A stretch of 64,000 nucleotides of DNA from a virus: the IMG/VR virus record IMGVR_UViG_3300021479_000015, positions 4,223 through 68,222 of that record. The stretch is one strand, 5' to 3'. The notes under the pieces were generated by a model that did no database searches, was not told the origin of the DNA, and worked only from the letters and a program-made list of their open reading frames with translations. A program made the position numbers and the translations under genes. This document shows positions 46,433 to 56,266 of this stretch, in pieces. Each line of letters opens with the position of its first letter. Positions within the stretch are counted from its first letter, which is position 1.

Positions 46433-48652
46433 CTACGACGGCTGAACGAAGAACGTTCCCAAGGCCGTATCGACCGGCGACTTCACCACCTGCACCGACC
46501 ACAAGCCCGCCTGATCCAAGAATACACCACCCAGCAGGTAAGTGCCACCCATGAAAAGGCCCACATCCGTCATGATATCGCGGGTTCCTATGAAGGCGTC
46601 GGGGTAGGACAATCTGATCACCGTGCCGTCCGGCTTGGTGATGACCATCGTCTGCCCCGGCGTGTTGGGCGGTAGGTAGTTGCCGGTCGATGCCATGAGT
46701 TCGAGCGTCATGCCTACGATGACGGGATCGAACACACTCGTCAAAGATGTGACCGCCACGTTGGTGTTGTCTTGCGCGCAGTTGACCGCGAACACCTTGC
46801 GGAACTGGATGGGAACGAGGCCGGGTATTGGGGGCGGCGGAGGCGGAACGAAGACGAAGACGGCGTTGATATCGAACCCGCCGAACAACGCGCCTGCCAT
46901 GGCGGCTGAAGTCGGGCGCCGGTAGAAGGTAGAAGCCTGCACACTGTCGAAGCCAAACAGGAAAACCGGCGGCGCTACGAAAACGAAGGGCGCCTGGTTG
47001 CCGGCATTGCCGAACATCCACGAGGCGGCTTTTTCCGGTCGCGGGTGCGGCGGCTGGACGTGCTGCACTGCCCATCCGTCCACGTACCAATTGACGAAGG
47101 GACCTTCGATGCCGGTATCACCAAGCAGGATCGCGCCCGCGCGTCGTTCCGAAGCAGGATGCGGTGGTTGCACCGGCTGCACTGCCCAGCCATCAACCAA
47201 CCAGTTGACAAAACCTCCTTCGATTCCGTCATCACCACGCATGACGGCGCCAGCGCGTCGTTCTGGGACAGGATGCGGCGGCTGTACGGGTTGAATTGCC
47301 CACCCATCCACGTACCAGTTGATAAATTGCGCCTGTATGCCGTCGTCGCTGCGGGCGATCGTAGCACCCTTATACGTCTTGCGCGCTGGAAGCGGCTGGA
47401 AGTCGAAGCCTTCCAAGATGGGCACCGGCGAGACAAAAACGAAAACACCTTCGTTGCCCTCATCACCTCGAAGGATGGCACCAGAACGTTCTGGCCGCGG
47501 ATGCGGAGGCTGCCACGATTGAACCTCGTAGAACGCGTCAAGCTGGAACGCCGCGAACACGCTCTCTCCGCCCGCACCATTAGCCCGCTGATAAATATTG
47601 GGCTTGAACGGAAGCGGTGGATGCTGGAACTCCCAGCCCCAAAGTGGAGTCGCTACGGCCGTAAAGACAAACGGAGCTTCGATCCCGATATCCCCACCAA
47701 TAAGCACACCTGGTTTAGAGCGATAAGCATACGGCGATTGCTGGAACTCCCAGCCCCAAAGTGGAGTCGCTACGGCCGTAAAGACAAACGGCAATTCGAT
47801 CCCGGTATCCCCACCTACAAATGCGCCCGACGAGTTCGGCTTTGGCTGTCGAATGTGGAAGTAGGTATCCCACACCATCGGTACAGGAGCCGGGAACCCC
47901 AAAAATTCCGACTTGCCCTTCGTACCGGGATAACGCTGACGAATTGTCGGATAGAACGGTGGTTGAACCGATTGTACCTCCCAGCCAGCATTGAGCCAGT
48001 TGACAAACGGTCCTTGCGTGCCGGTATCACCCAACGCAACAGCACCCGAGCGCTCCGGTCGCGGATGCGGAGGCTGTACGGGCTGCACTTCCCAGCCGGT
48101 GTTGAGCCAGTTGATGAGCGGTGCGAAAGCGTCGTCCTGCACCGTCCGAAGCACGGTGATAGGACGCAACATCCGCCGTGCTGTAGGCTGCTGTTCGAAA
48201 CCCCAGGAAATTGTCACGACAGGCGAGATAAACGGCAATTCTATTCCGCTGTCGCCTGCAGCAAGTGCTCCCGACTTCTCGCTTCTAGGATGCGGCGGCT
48301 GTAGAGGCTGAACTTCCTCTCCAACATTGAACCATTGGACAAACCTCGCTTCGATTCCGTCATCGCCACGTGCAATAGCTGCGCTTTTGACTTCGGGCGC
48401 GCGATGCGGCGGCTGCACCGGCTGCACTTCCCAGCCGGTGTTGAGCCATGGCGTATCAGAGGCATCTTGTGCGCTCGGTGCAAGAACAAGAAATAGCCCC
48501 GTTGCCGCCATCGCGGCAGCCTTGCGCAACGGCTGAGCAGGCGGCTGCACCGGCTGCACTTCCCAACCCGTGCTACGCCAAGGCGTATCCGATGCCGCTT
48601 GCCGGGGATCGACCGGCACAAAGAAATAAGTCTGGATAGGAAGAACGATCAT
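46433..48652 (-). CDS. Pro/Trp-rich repeat protein with C-terminal beta domain
   Basis: about 15 repeats of ~35-43 aa, core GWxVQPVQPPHP. Confidence 0.8.
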   Translation of the reverse strand: MIVLPIQTYFFVPVDPRQAASDTPWRSTGWEVQPVQPPAQPLRKAAAMAATGLFLVLAPSAQDASDTPWLNTGWEVQPVQPPHRAPEVKSAAIARGDDGIEARFVQWFNVGEEVQPLQPPHPRSEKSGALAAGDSGIELPFISPVVTISWGFEQQPTARRMLRPITVLRTVQDDAFAPLINWLNTGWEVQPVQPPHPRPERSGAVALGDTGTQGPFVNWLNAGWEVQSVQPPFYPTIRQRYPGTKGKSEFLGFPAPVPMVWDTYFHIRQPKPNSSGAFVGGDTGIELPFVFTAVATPLWGWEFQQSPYAYRSKPGVLIGGDIGIEAPFVFTAVATPLWGWEFQHPPLPFKPNIYQRANGAGGESVFAAFQLDAFYEVQSWQPPHPRPERSGAILRGDEGNEGVFVFVSPVPILEGFDFQPLPARKTYKGATIARSDDGIQAQFINWYVDGWAIQPVQPPHPVPERRAGAVMRGDDGIEGGFVNWLVDGWAVQPVQPPHPASERRAGAILLGDTGIEGPFVNWYVDGWAVQHVQPPHPRPEKAASWMFGNAGNQAPFVFVAPPVFLFGFDSVQASTFYRRPTSAAMAGALFGGFDINAVFVFVPPPPPPIPGLVPIQFRKVFAVNCAQDNTNVAVTSLTSVFDPVIVGMTLELMASTGNYLPPNTPGQTMVITKPDGTVIRLSYPDAFIGTRDIMTDVGLFMGGTYLLGGVFLDQAGLWSVQVVKSPVDTALGTFFVQPS

Positions 48653-49689
48653 GTGGGCGAACCTGCGAAGCCTCTAAAACTTTGCCGCATCACAATTGCC
48701 CCGATACTGCAGTAATCCAAATACAGCGGAGTACCTGCACCAGCAGGTGTATAAATGAGAACAAGGACACCGGCACCGCCATTTTTTCCAGCTGTAGCCG
48801 TGCCGCCGGTCGCATTCGCGCCGCCAGCGCCGCCACCACCATAACTTCCACCGACAGTGCCGGCACCGGCAGTTGCCGTTGAGGTTGCGCCACCGCCAGC
48901 GCCACCGCTTCCAGGGCCAGCAGCACCGACAAGATATCCCGTCCCGGATACACCGCCGGTCCAAATCGCATCCTGACTTGCGGCACCTCCAGCCCCACCA
49001 TTCACGCCAAGGCCTTTGGAACCGCCACCACCACCACCACCGCTTGAGCCTGCCCCGCCTGCCCCGCCACTCGTTCCCGTCCCGGCAGTTCCCGCTCCAC
49101 TTCCCAAGCGATTCGTACCGCCTACCCCGCCATCGGTTAGGTTGGAGTTGGCGTCACCACCAGCACCGCCGTTATTGGCTCCGCCGCCACCCGAGCCTCC
49201 GAAGGTAGTTGCACCGGCGCCAGCGCCACCACCGGCGCCACCGGGACCTGTCGGACCGCCTGCACCGCCACCGCCTGCACCACCATCGCCACCGGCGGTG
49301 GAACCTGCACCGCCATCGTTATGGGCTGATGCTCCAGTCCCTCCGGTTCCTCCCGCTCCTCCTGTGCCGCCATGAGTTCCAGGACCGCCCCCAACGGCAA
49401 TCACAGTGTTTGTGTTGAACGTCGTATTGGTTCCGGCGGTGCCGTCATTCCCGTTTACTGTGGAACCAGTACCGGCGGCGCCGATGACGTAATTGAAAGC
49501 GGTCGTTCCAGGAGTAGCTACACTGAAATTGACGGCCTTGCGGTATTCCCCCCCGCCGCCAGATGCCCCGGAGTTGCCGAACGCGCCACCGCCGCCGGCC
49601 CCGATGCCCTCAATCGAATTGTTGGCGTTGGCCCAATCGGCGGGGCTGGTCGACGAGGTGCCCGATATGATGACAATCGTCGTGGCCAC
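48649..49689 (-). CDS. glycine-rich virion fibre-like protein
   Basis: GAGGGG/GGGGA runs throughout. Confidence 0.75.
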   Translation of the reverse strand: MATTIVIISGTSSTSPADWANANNSIEGIGAGGGGAFGNSGASGGGGEYRKAVNFSVATPGTTAFNYVIGAAGTGSTVNGNDGTAGTNTTFNTNTVIAVGGGPGTHGGTGGAGGTGGTGASAHNDGGAGSTAGGDGGAGGGGAGGPTGPGGAGGGAGAGATTFGGSGGGGANNGGAGGDANSNLTDGGVGGTNRLGSGAGTAGTGTSGGAGGAGSSGGGGGGGSKGLGVNGGAGGAASQDAIWTGGVSGTGYLVGAAGPGSGGAGGGATSTATAGAGTVGGSYGGGGAGGANATGGTATAGKNGGAGVLVLIYTPAGAGTPLYLDYCSIGAIVMRQSFRGFAGSPT

Positions 49690-49690
49690 A

Positions 49691-49981
49691 TCAATAAATC
49701 CGCAGCTTACCGCCGTTCATGCCACGTGAAATCTTGTCGTGAGCGTGAACAAGGTCCATCGAAGGCGGATGGCGACCGGTCTTATGCGCAATCGCGAGCA
49801 TCGCTGCGTCCGTGGTGCTTATGCCGGTAATGAACGAGTTTGGAATGATCGCCATCGCCTCTCCAGCTTGAAGATGATGCACGCCACTGGACAGATGCGA
49901 ATCGTCGTGCGGGAAGATCACACGACGCGGCGCGAGCGTATGAGTATCATAGACAACGGCGGTCAAAGTCTGCGGCATCAA
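49691..49981 (-). CDS. hypothetical protein
   Basis: coupled ORF. Confidence 0.55.
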   Translation of the reverse strand: MMPQTLTAVVYDTHTLAPRRVIFPHDDSHLSSGVHHLQAGEAMAIIPNSFITGISTTDAAMLAIAHKTGRHPPSMDLVHAHDKISRGMNGGKLRIY

Positions 49982-50337
49982 TTTGCTGGCGTGCGGAAGA
50001 ACGAGTTGAAGTCGCCAGAGATTGCGGTGTCGATATGTACGTCGGTCACCAAAGCAGCCTGCGCTGCGGCATTGGCAGCCGATAGCACGACAGTTCCCGC
50101 TGCCGTCGCGTCCGCAATAACAGATGCGTTTGCCGCTACTGCCTGCGCGAAGATAAGCTTGAAGCTATCCGGCGAGTTCATCACAGCAGCCACGTATGTC
50201 TCACGCTCGCGGTGAAACGCCACAGTAACGGCTTCTGACTTTATATTGATGCACTGCGCCACGAGCGACTGCCGCACGCGGTTTTGGAACGTCGGGTCAG
50301 CAGCAAGGAATTGCTGGTCGCTGTATGAAGCCGCCAT
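49978..50337 (-). CDS. hypothetical protein
   Basis: AGGAG SD. Confidence 0.7.
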   Translation of the reverse strand: MAASYSDQQFLAADPTFQNRVRQSLVAQCINIKSEAVTVAFHRERETYVAAVMNSPDSFKLIFAQAVAANASVIADATAAGTVVLSAANAAAQAALVTDVHIDTAISGDFNSFFRTPAN

Positions 50338-50349
50338 CTTATACTCCTA

Positions 50350-51621
50350 TCATGGGGTGTAGCATCCAGGCGGAGTCGGGATGACGGCGCCAGTTACAGA
50401 GTCCGTGTTGTTCTGCCAGAGGCAGCCAGGCGCAGCTTGGTTCTCGATGTCGGTGTACCCGTAGTATCCCTGCTGCATCACGTTGTTGGTGACTTGACAG
50501 CCCTTGGTTGGTGTGCCGCCGGTGTTGAGCACATAGATCGTGTACGATGTCGAGTGCAGCCCCGAGACGGGGACCGGCGTCTGCTGGAGCATCTGGTTGC
50601 CGTCAACAATCATCCCATCGATCGAGCCGTAGTCGGTCTTGATGAAGACGACAGCCGTGTCGAAGGAAACCATCGTGTTGTGCCGGATGGTATCGGCTCC
50701 ACCACCTCCGCCAATGTAGATGCACTCGTAATGGCCACTCGGCGGGCCGCGCATGTCGTGCATGTAATTGTCTTGGTAGAGGTTACCGCCGTCAGAGGCG
50801 ATGCAATGCGTCATCCCAGACATATCGCAGCGCAGAACCTGAGACCCGGAACACTGGAGATTGGTACCGCCAATTCCAGGAACGCTGTTGAGCAGCGTGC
50901 AGTCCTCGATCAGAAGCCCTGTCGTACCACTGGCATCGACGCAGGTGAAGACCTGTCCGGCCGAATCTACCCAGCAGTTCTTGATCGTCACATTGGGAGC
51001 GGTGACCCTGATCTGACCGCCGACGATCTTGAGATTCTGAACGACAGCCCCCGCCGTGGACACAGTGATGCCGCCGGAAGCCGTCAGCACAGTCCCGACT
51101 GGAACACCCGTGTTCGTCGCATTGGGAAATCCGGTCAGCGGGGGTGGGGGAGGAGGTGGAGGAGGTGGAGGAGGTGGAGGAGGTGGCGGGGGATTGACTG
51201 CTGCCTGCAACGTCAGGCTGATCAACGCAGCCGGACCGGTTCCGTTGGCATTTTTCCCGGTGACACTGATGCTGTACGTCCCAGGAGGAACCACAACCGT
51301 TTGGCTCGTGCGCAAGTGCATCGTTGCCACGTAAGCCGCAAAGTAGTTGTTCGGATCGCCGGAAATCACCAAGCTGGTGCACGGAATGTCTGATGCCAAC
51401 GTTCCGATGAGCGTGTCAAGAACATATCCCGCCGGCACCGTGAAACTCGCAGGCTGGACGTGAGGTGTAGCGCCGCCAACGTTGCCGCGCTGCTTTTCCC
51501 ACAACTTTGCAGCGTTATAGAATGTGATGTCCTGGGCGCTCGTTGAGCCTGCTGGGCCTGCCGCCAGCCACGCATTGAGAGCGGCGATGAAGGTCGCGTC
51601 TTGTGCGGGTGTAGTGGACAT
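50350..51621 (-). CDS. Ig-like domain + poly-Pro linker + right-handed beta-helix
   Basis: 18 Pro, FPNATNTGVP, DNYMHD, IRHNT. Confidence 0.75.
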   Translation of the reverse strand: MSTTPAQDATFIAALNAWLAAGPAGSTSAQDITFYNAAKLWEKQRGNVGGATPHVQPASFTVPAGYVLDTLIGTLASDIPCTSLVISGDPNNYFAAYVATMHLRTSQTVVVPPGTYSISVTGKNANGTGPAALISLTLQAAVNPPPPPPPPPPPPPPPPPPLTGFPNATNTGVPVGTVLTASGGITVSTAGAVVQNLKIVGGQIRVTAPNVTIKNCWVDSAGQVFTCVDASGTTGLLIEDCTLLNSVPGIGGTNLQCSGSQVLRCDMSGMTHCIASDGGNLYQDNYMHDMRGPPSGHYECIYIGGGGGADTIRHNTMVSFDTAVVFIKTDYGSIDGMIVDGNQMLQQTPVPVSGLHSTSYTIYVLNTGGTPTKGCQVTNNVMQQGYYGYTDIENQAAPGCLWQNNTDSVTGAVIPTPPGCYTP

Positions 51622-51632
51622 CTTGTTTCTCC

Positions 51633-52523
51633 TTAAGGGGTAAAGCAGTTGGCTGGAGGTGGTTGCACGGTGCCTGTAAAGTAATCGCGGTTGTTCTGCC
51701 AGAGGCAACCAGGAGCGGCGTGGTTGGATACGCTTCCGTAAACGCCAAGGCCCAACTCAATTATGTTGTTGGTGATCTGACAGCCAGTCGTGGTCACCAG
51801 GGCCTCGATCTGGATCACGGTTTGTGTTGGCCCTAAGGTTCCAAAAGGAGTTCCCTGACGGCACAAATTATTGTCGATGATCGTGCCGGAAACATCCCCG
51901 GAAGTATTTTGAACAAAAATATCGGCCGTATCGAAGCCAAAAAACGTATTGTGCCTGATAACAACAGATGGAGGTGGAGTGTCTCCACCCCAGTATATGT
52001 TTTCAAAGTGTGCACTGTTACCACCAGCCATGTCGTGCATATAATTGTCCTGGACCAATGGCGTTGTGCCACTGTCTACGGCAACAGAATGCGTTGAACC
52101 GGAAATGTTGCATCGGAGAATAGTAGCGCCTGCAGCTAGTATCGCTTCAGGCTGGCCAGTGAGCTTCGGGTTGCTATCGAAAATAGTGCAGTCCTGAATC
52201 GTGACGCCATTTATATTATCCGAACCAGCAGCACTAATACCGAAGAAGCTCCCATTCATATCGATCATGCAATTTTTGATTATGCAACCAGAGGCCCCAG
52301 CTTTTATCAAAATACCGGGCCCTCCACCCGTGGCCACGATATTCAGACTGTCAATAATCGTATTTGGTGTCGTGATCGTTACATTTCCCGAGTTCGTCAG
52401 CACGGTCCCGGGTGGAACGCCAGTGTTGCCTGGCCCGGGGAAACACCGGCCTTGCACGAGGATGCCGGGGCAATTTACCGCTCCCAGCGGATAGTTTAAT
52501 GGGGTGACTCTCCACATCACCAT
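51633..52523 (-). CDS. right-handed beta-helix protein (paralogue of 50350-51621)
   Basis: FPGPGNTGVP, DNYMHD, IRHNT, AAPGCLWQNN. Confidence 0.75.
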   Translation of the reverse strand: MVMWRVTPLNYPLGAVNCPGILVQGRCFPGPGNTGVPPGTVLTNSGNVTITTPNTIIDSLNIVATGGGPGILIKAGASGCIIKNCMIDMNGSFFGISAAGSDNINGVTIQDCTIFDSNPKLTGQPEAILAAGATILRCNISGSTHSVAVDSGTTPLVQDNYMHDMAGGNSAHFENIYWGGDTPPPSVVIRHNTFFGFDTADIFVQNTSGDVSGTIIDNNLCRQGTPFGTLGPTQTVIQIEALVTTTGCQITNNIIELGLGVYGSVSNHAAPGCLWQNNRDYFTGTVQPPPANCFTP

Positions 52524-53191
52524 TCACTCGCTGCAAGGCTGGGAGTTATAATGGGAGACGCTACTAGCGGTTTAAACGCCATGATTCCCGTCAAGAAATC
52601 ATTCGTGCCGGGCGACGTAAATGTTGCCGCGACTGCACCGGCTGAACCTTGAATTTTGAACTCCGTAATGAAGGTAGCAGAAACAGCGGGAGATTGAGCG
52701 CCGGTGAATCCAGTTCCAATCGATATTCCTTCGCTGTTGATGCTGACCGAAGAACCGTAGATCAGATCTCCGTTCGAAGTCGTCGTCACGTTGCCCGAAG
52801 TAACTGCATCAGTTCCAGCCCCCGGCGCAACCTGGTTGCTCATCGCCGAAATCTCAAAAGCGCCGACGTTAGAAAATTCATCGGCCATAATAGTCTGATG
52901 CGTTCGCGCGACATTCAGCGTAGCTGTAATGGTCTGCGGAGCATTGACTGCGTTGAGAAAAAACGCCGTCCACCATGAAAAGGTATCTGCGGAATCTCTT
53001 TTCAAGTCTCGAACCGTGTAAACGTTTCCTTTATCGTCTTGAACAGTTACAGTTTCCGTGCCGTCGCTACCCCCGATGCCACCGCTTACAATGACTGAAT
53101 CGCCAACACCAACTGAACTAGCCAACGTAACCGCAACAGTCAGCGATGACGCCGCTCCATTCTGATGTGTGTTGCCTTGGATATATACCAT
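52517..53191 (-). CDS. Ser/Thr-rich beta-sandwich virion accessory protein
   Basis: VTVQDDKGNVYT, TSGNVTTTSNGDLI. Confidence 0.65.
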   Translation of the reverse strand: MVYIQGNTHQNGAASSLTVAVTLASSVGVGDSVIVSGGIGGSDGTETVTVQDDKGNVYTVRDLKRDSADTFSWWTAFFLNAVNAPQTITATLNVARTHQTIMADEFSNVGAFEISAMSNQVAPGAGTDAVTSGNVTTTSNGDLIYGSSVSINSEGISIGTGFTGAQSPAVSATFITEFKIQGSAGAVAATFTSPGTNDFLTGIMAFKPLVASPIITPSLAASEW

Positions 53192-55479
53192 TAGACAACT
53201 CGTCTAACCTTCTTCGGCTCCGCCAGATCATCTGCAATGCGCGCGATCACATCGCCCCACTCCTTGGCCGTCTTCTGTCGATAGATGCGCACCGAAGGGT
53301 ACCACGGGCTGCGGGTGTTCCACGGGGAACCTGGGCGCTCCGCCATCCAGTGCCACGAGCCTTCCGTGTGCATCATGAGCCACGTCGGCTTGCCCATGGC
53401 GCCAGCCAGATGCGCGATCGAAGTATCAACCGTGATGACGAGATCGAGGCACTCGATCAAAGCGGCAGTGTCGTCCCAGGAGGGATTCTCAGGAAGCATG
53501 TCAAGTTCAGACCACGCATACGGAATCTGTTCTCGCTCAGGACCTACCTGCAAAGAGACAAAAAAGTCTCTAGGGCAGCTCTGGGCGATTGGAACCAAAG
53601 TATCGAAATGCATAGATTTACGCCGGCCATATTCAGCAATCCATATTCCGGTATCGCGAATGCCGGATGACCAGCACAGCCCGATCTTTCGTCGATCTTT
53701 TGGAAGATCGTAACATTCACCGAGTTTCGAATCAGCCTTCAGGTACGCCCCAAACCACGGAACCGTGTTCACGTCCGTCTCGAACACCGCCGGCAACGAT
53801 CCGATCGGCAGATGGTAGTCGAACATCGGCAGTCCGATAGCCCCCGGATAATCCGCCGCCTTCGGGACCACCTTCACCTCGGGGAAGCTGCGCTGCACAA
53901 GATCGACCATGCCTTCATGCGCCTCGTAGCGCACATCGTACCCCCGATCCGCCATCAGCTTGAGGTATCGCACCATCGCGATCTGGTCGCCCAACCCGGC
54001 TTCGCAGTGGACGTGCACACTGGCAGGCGGCAATTCCTTGCCCGTCCACAACGGCTTGACGAATCGCTTGAGCGGCATGGAAAGCGCGGGGCTGTGCTTC
54101 TGATCCTTGCGATACTCGTGCTCGATCCAGCCCTCCCGGTAACGCCCAAGCGCATGCAGCGCCAGCGATCGATTCCAATGCGCGCTCGCCTGATCGAAGC
54201 AACCGCCGTCTATCGCCTTCTGGTAAAGATCAGCCGCGATCTCGTGGTTTCCCTGCCGGTACGCCACCATCGCCAGAACGTGCGTTGCATCCGCAGCGCG
54301 ATCGGTCTTCAATACCTCCTCGCACAACCGTCCCACCAACTCGTAGTCTTCCACGTCCATCGCGATCGTCATGCGATCGAGCATCGCATCAGGACTTTCA
54401 GGCGCCAATTCCAACTGCCGGTCATAAGCCGCGATGCACGCCTTCGCGTTGCCGTTCTCCATCTCGGTCATGCCGAGAATCTTCCACGCCTGCGGATAAT
54501 CCGGCTCGATGCGCGTCGCCTTGGCGGCTTCCTGCTGCGCCAACCTGAGACTGCCCATCGGCATGTAGGCGCGCAGCGCCATCTCCAGCCGGTAATCGAC
54601 CGCCAACGGGTCCGCCACCAGCGACTCGCGGTACCAGTCGGACGCGGTGCCATATTTGCCCTTGGTCAAGGCGAGACGTGCGTAGAACAAGCACGCCTCA
54701 CCGTAAGCGATACGCGCCGCGCCACTGCCGGGCGGCGTGCAGCGCCCCAGAATCAGCCGGTAACAGGTGTCGGCATCCACGTTCCGGCTGGCTTCGACAT
54801 ACGCCCTCGCCCGTTCGATCAGATCGGCCAGCGCCTGCGATGGCTCCTTCTCGGGCGCCACCATCTTGATCCACCCGACTTGCCATCGGGAAAACAGCAA
54901 CTCGGCACCCACCTCCTGCGCGTACTGCGAGATGAACATCCCCTTGCCGGTGATCTCATTGCGCGGCATCAGCGTGTCGTCGTACATGGTCGGCGAATCA
55001 TCCACAACCACGAGCGTGTCGGCACGAATAGCGGGAAGAATAGCCATCAGCTCGTTAATGTGGTGCGTGGCAGCCTTGATCGGCTGAGTGCGCAAGAGGT
55101 CGAAGCTGTCGAGATAGACCAAATCGATATCCGTGCGAGAAGGGTCTACCGATATAGCAAGCTGTTTCAGCCAGGCTACGCTATCGCCGGTATGGATTGT
55201 CACCCTACCACTTACTAAATTCGTACACAGTTTCGTAGCTTCTGGGTCAATATCCACGCTGAAAACAAACCCTCCAACCGCCTGCACATAGCGATCAAAC
55301 ATAATTGTGCTGCATCCATCGCCGCTCCAATTGCCGGGCTCGCGCACGCAACCAGTCTCGACGATGCGAACCGAGCGCTTGAAGGTGTCAAGATACGAAA
55401 ACATCGCGGCGAACGTCTCCGCGCGATCGGCAAGCTTGGGACGGGCCTCCGCGTCGAACCACTTCCAAAATGCGTTCAA
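53191..55479 (-). CDS. SAM methyltransferase + TPR + GT9-like glycosyltransferase fusion
   Basis: IVETG, SVDID, GDSV, VYLDS, VVDD; TPR array; EAGLGDQI, IGLCWS, VSLQ, LDLVITVDTSIAHLAGAMGKP. Confidence 0.85.
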   Translation of the reverse strand: MNAFWKWFDAEARPKLADRAETFAAMFSYLDTFKRSVRIVETGCVREPGNWSGDGCSTIMFDRYVQAVGGFVFSVDIDPEATKLCTNLVSGRVTIHTGDSVAWLKQLAISVDPSRTDIDLVYLDSFDLLRTQPIKAATHHINELMAILPAIRADTLVVVDDSPTMYDDTLMPRNEITGKGMFISQYAQEVGAELLFSRWQVGWIKMVAPEKEPSQALADLIERARAYVEASRNVDADTCYRLILGRCTPPGSGAARIAYGEACLFYARLALTKGKYGTASDWYRESLVADPLAVDYRLEMALRAYMPMGSLRLAQQEAAKATRIEPDYPQAWKILGMTEMENGNAKACIAAYDRQLELAPESPDAMLDRMTIAMDVEDYELVGRLCEEVLKTDRAADATHVLAMVAYRQGNHEIAADLYQKAIDGGCFDQASAHWNRSLALHALGRYREGWIEHEYRKDQKHSPALSMPLKRFVKPLWTGKELPPASVHVHCEAGLGDQIAMVRYLKLMADRGYDVRYEAHEGMVDLVQRSFPEVKVVPKAADYPGAIGLPMFDYHLPIGSLPAVFETDVNTVPWFGAYLKADSKLGECYDLPKDRRKIGLCWSSGIRDTGIWIAEYGRRKSMHFDTLVPIAQSCPRDFFVSLQVGPEREQIPYAWSELDMLPENPSWDDTAALIECLDLVITVDTSIAHLAGAMGKPTWLMMHTEGSWHWMAERPGSPWNTRSPWYPSVRIYRQKTAKEWGDVIARIADDLAEPKKVRRVV

Positions 55480-55982
55480 ATCAGGTCTCCAATCGGGTTC
55501 GATCGAACAGGCTGCAAAACGGTGGGATCGAGCGGAGGTGCGGGAGGAGGAAGCCCGTCAAGGATCGCTTGCGCCGCCTTGCGCCGCCGCTCGATCTCGA
55601 ACGCCTTCTCGCCCTCCACCTCCAGCGGGTGCTTGCGGGTACGCTCGTCCCCCACATAGCCGTCATCGTACTTGCGCACGTTTCCAGTGCCCGCGCAACG
55701 GCGGCAGCCAAAGCCGGGCTTCTCAGTGCAATCCGGGCACGCCGTCATCACCCAGCGAGTCCATGGCTCGCCCTGTACGCGCTCGGTAAACACGTGCTCG
55801 GTCCCCGCTTCGAACTTGTTGCAGCCGAAGTCGGAAGGCGTCCTGAAACCAAGAAACTCGCAGTGGCCGAAGCCGGGCTCCGACTCAAAAACCGGGATCG
55901 TAACGCCGCTATCGTAAAGACGCTGGCGTTTAATCGTCCACGAGCCGCAGCCGGCGCAATTGCCCATCAGTAGCACTCCCAC
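55476..55982 (-). CDS. Cys-rich zinc-finger-like protein
   Basis: CAGC, CPDC, CRRCAGTG. Confidence 0.65.
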   Translation of the reverse strand: MGVLLMGNCAGCGSWTIKRQRLYDSGVTIPVFESEPGFGHCEFLGFRTPSDFGCNKFEAGTEHVFTERVQGEPWTRWVMTACPDCTEKPGFGCRRCAGTGNVRKYDDGYVGDERTRKHPLEVEGEKAFEIERRRKAAQAILDGLPPPAPPLDPTVLQPVRSNPIGDLI

Positions 55983-56266
55983 CCCGCCATCTCGACGCGC
56001 CGCCGAAGACGGCCCTCCATCTCCTGTCGTTCACACTCCTTCTCCCAAGGCCTACATGGCTTGCCGGCACATTCGAGGCAAATGAGCTTCATGCAACCCC
56101 GGCAGATTTCGACGTAATTCATCATCTCCTTCATGGATGGAAACTCGGTCCCTGTCTGGCAATGCGCGCAGCTACTATGATGGACTTCCTTGAGGTTACC
56201 GCTCCAGCAGCAACCTTCGAAGTACTGGCCGATCGAGCCGGGCTTAAAGCGCAGGAGGGTGGGCAT
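55967..56266 (-). CDS. Cys-rich zinc-finger-like protein
   Basis: CAHC, CRGC, CLEC. Confidence 0.65.
   Translation of the reverse strand: MPTLLRFKPGSIGQYFEGCCWSGNLKEVHHSSCAHCQTGTEFPSMKEMMNYVEICRGCMKLICLECAGKPCRPWEKECERQEMEGRLRRRVEMAGWECY

Noticed and set aside
46433-46435. Genome-wide TAG recoding
   Set aside because: Genes are intact under the standard code and several end at TAG with the next gene directly following; only this local case is in-frame
53812-55218. Long plus-strand ORFs (also 47045-48304, 45656-46675, 50437-51393, 60239-61225)
   Set aside because: Antisense to well-supported genes in GC-rich DNA, with no recognisable motifs
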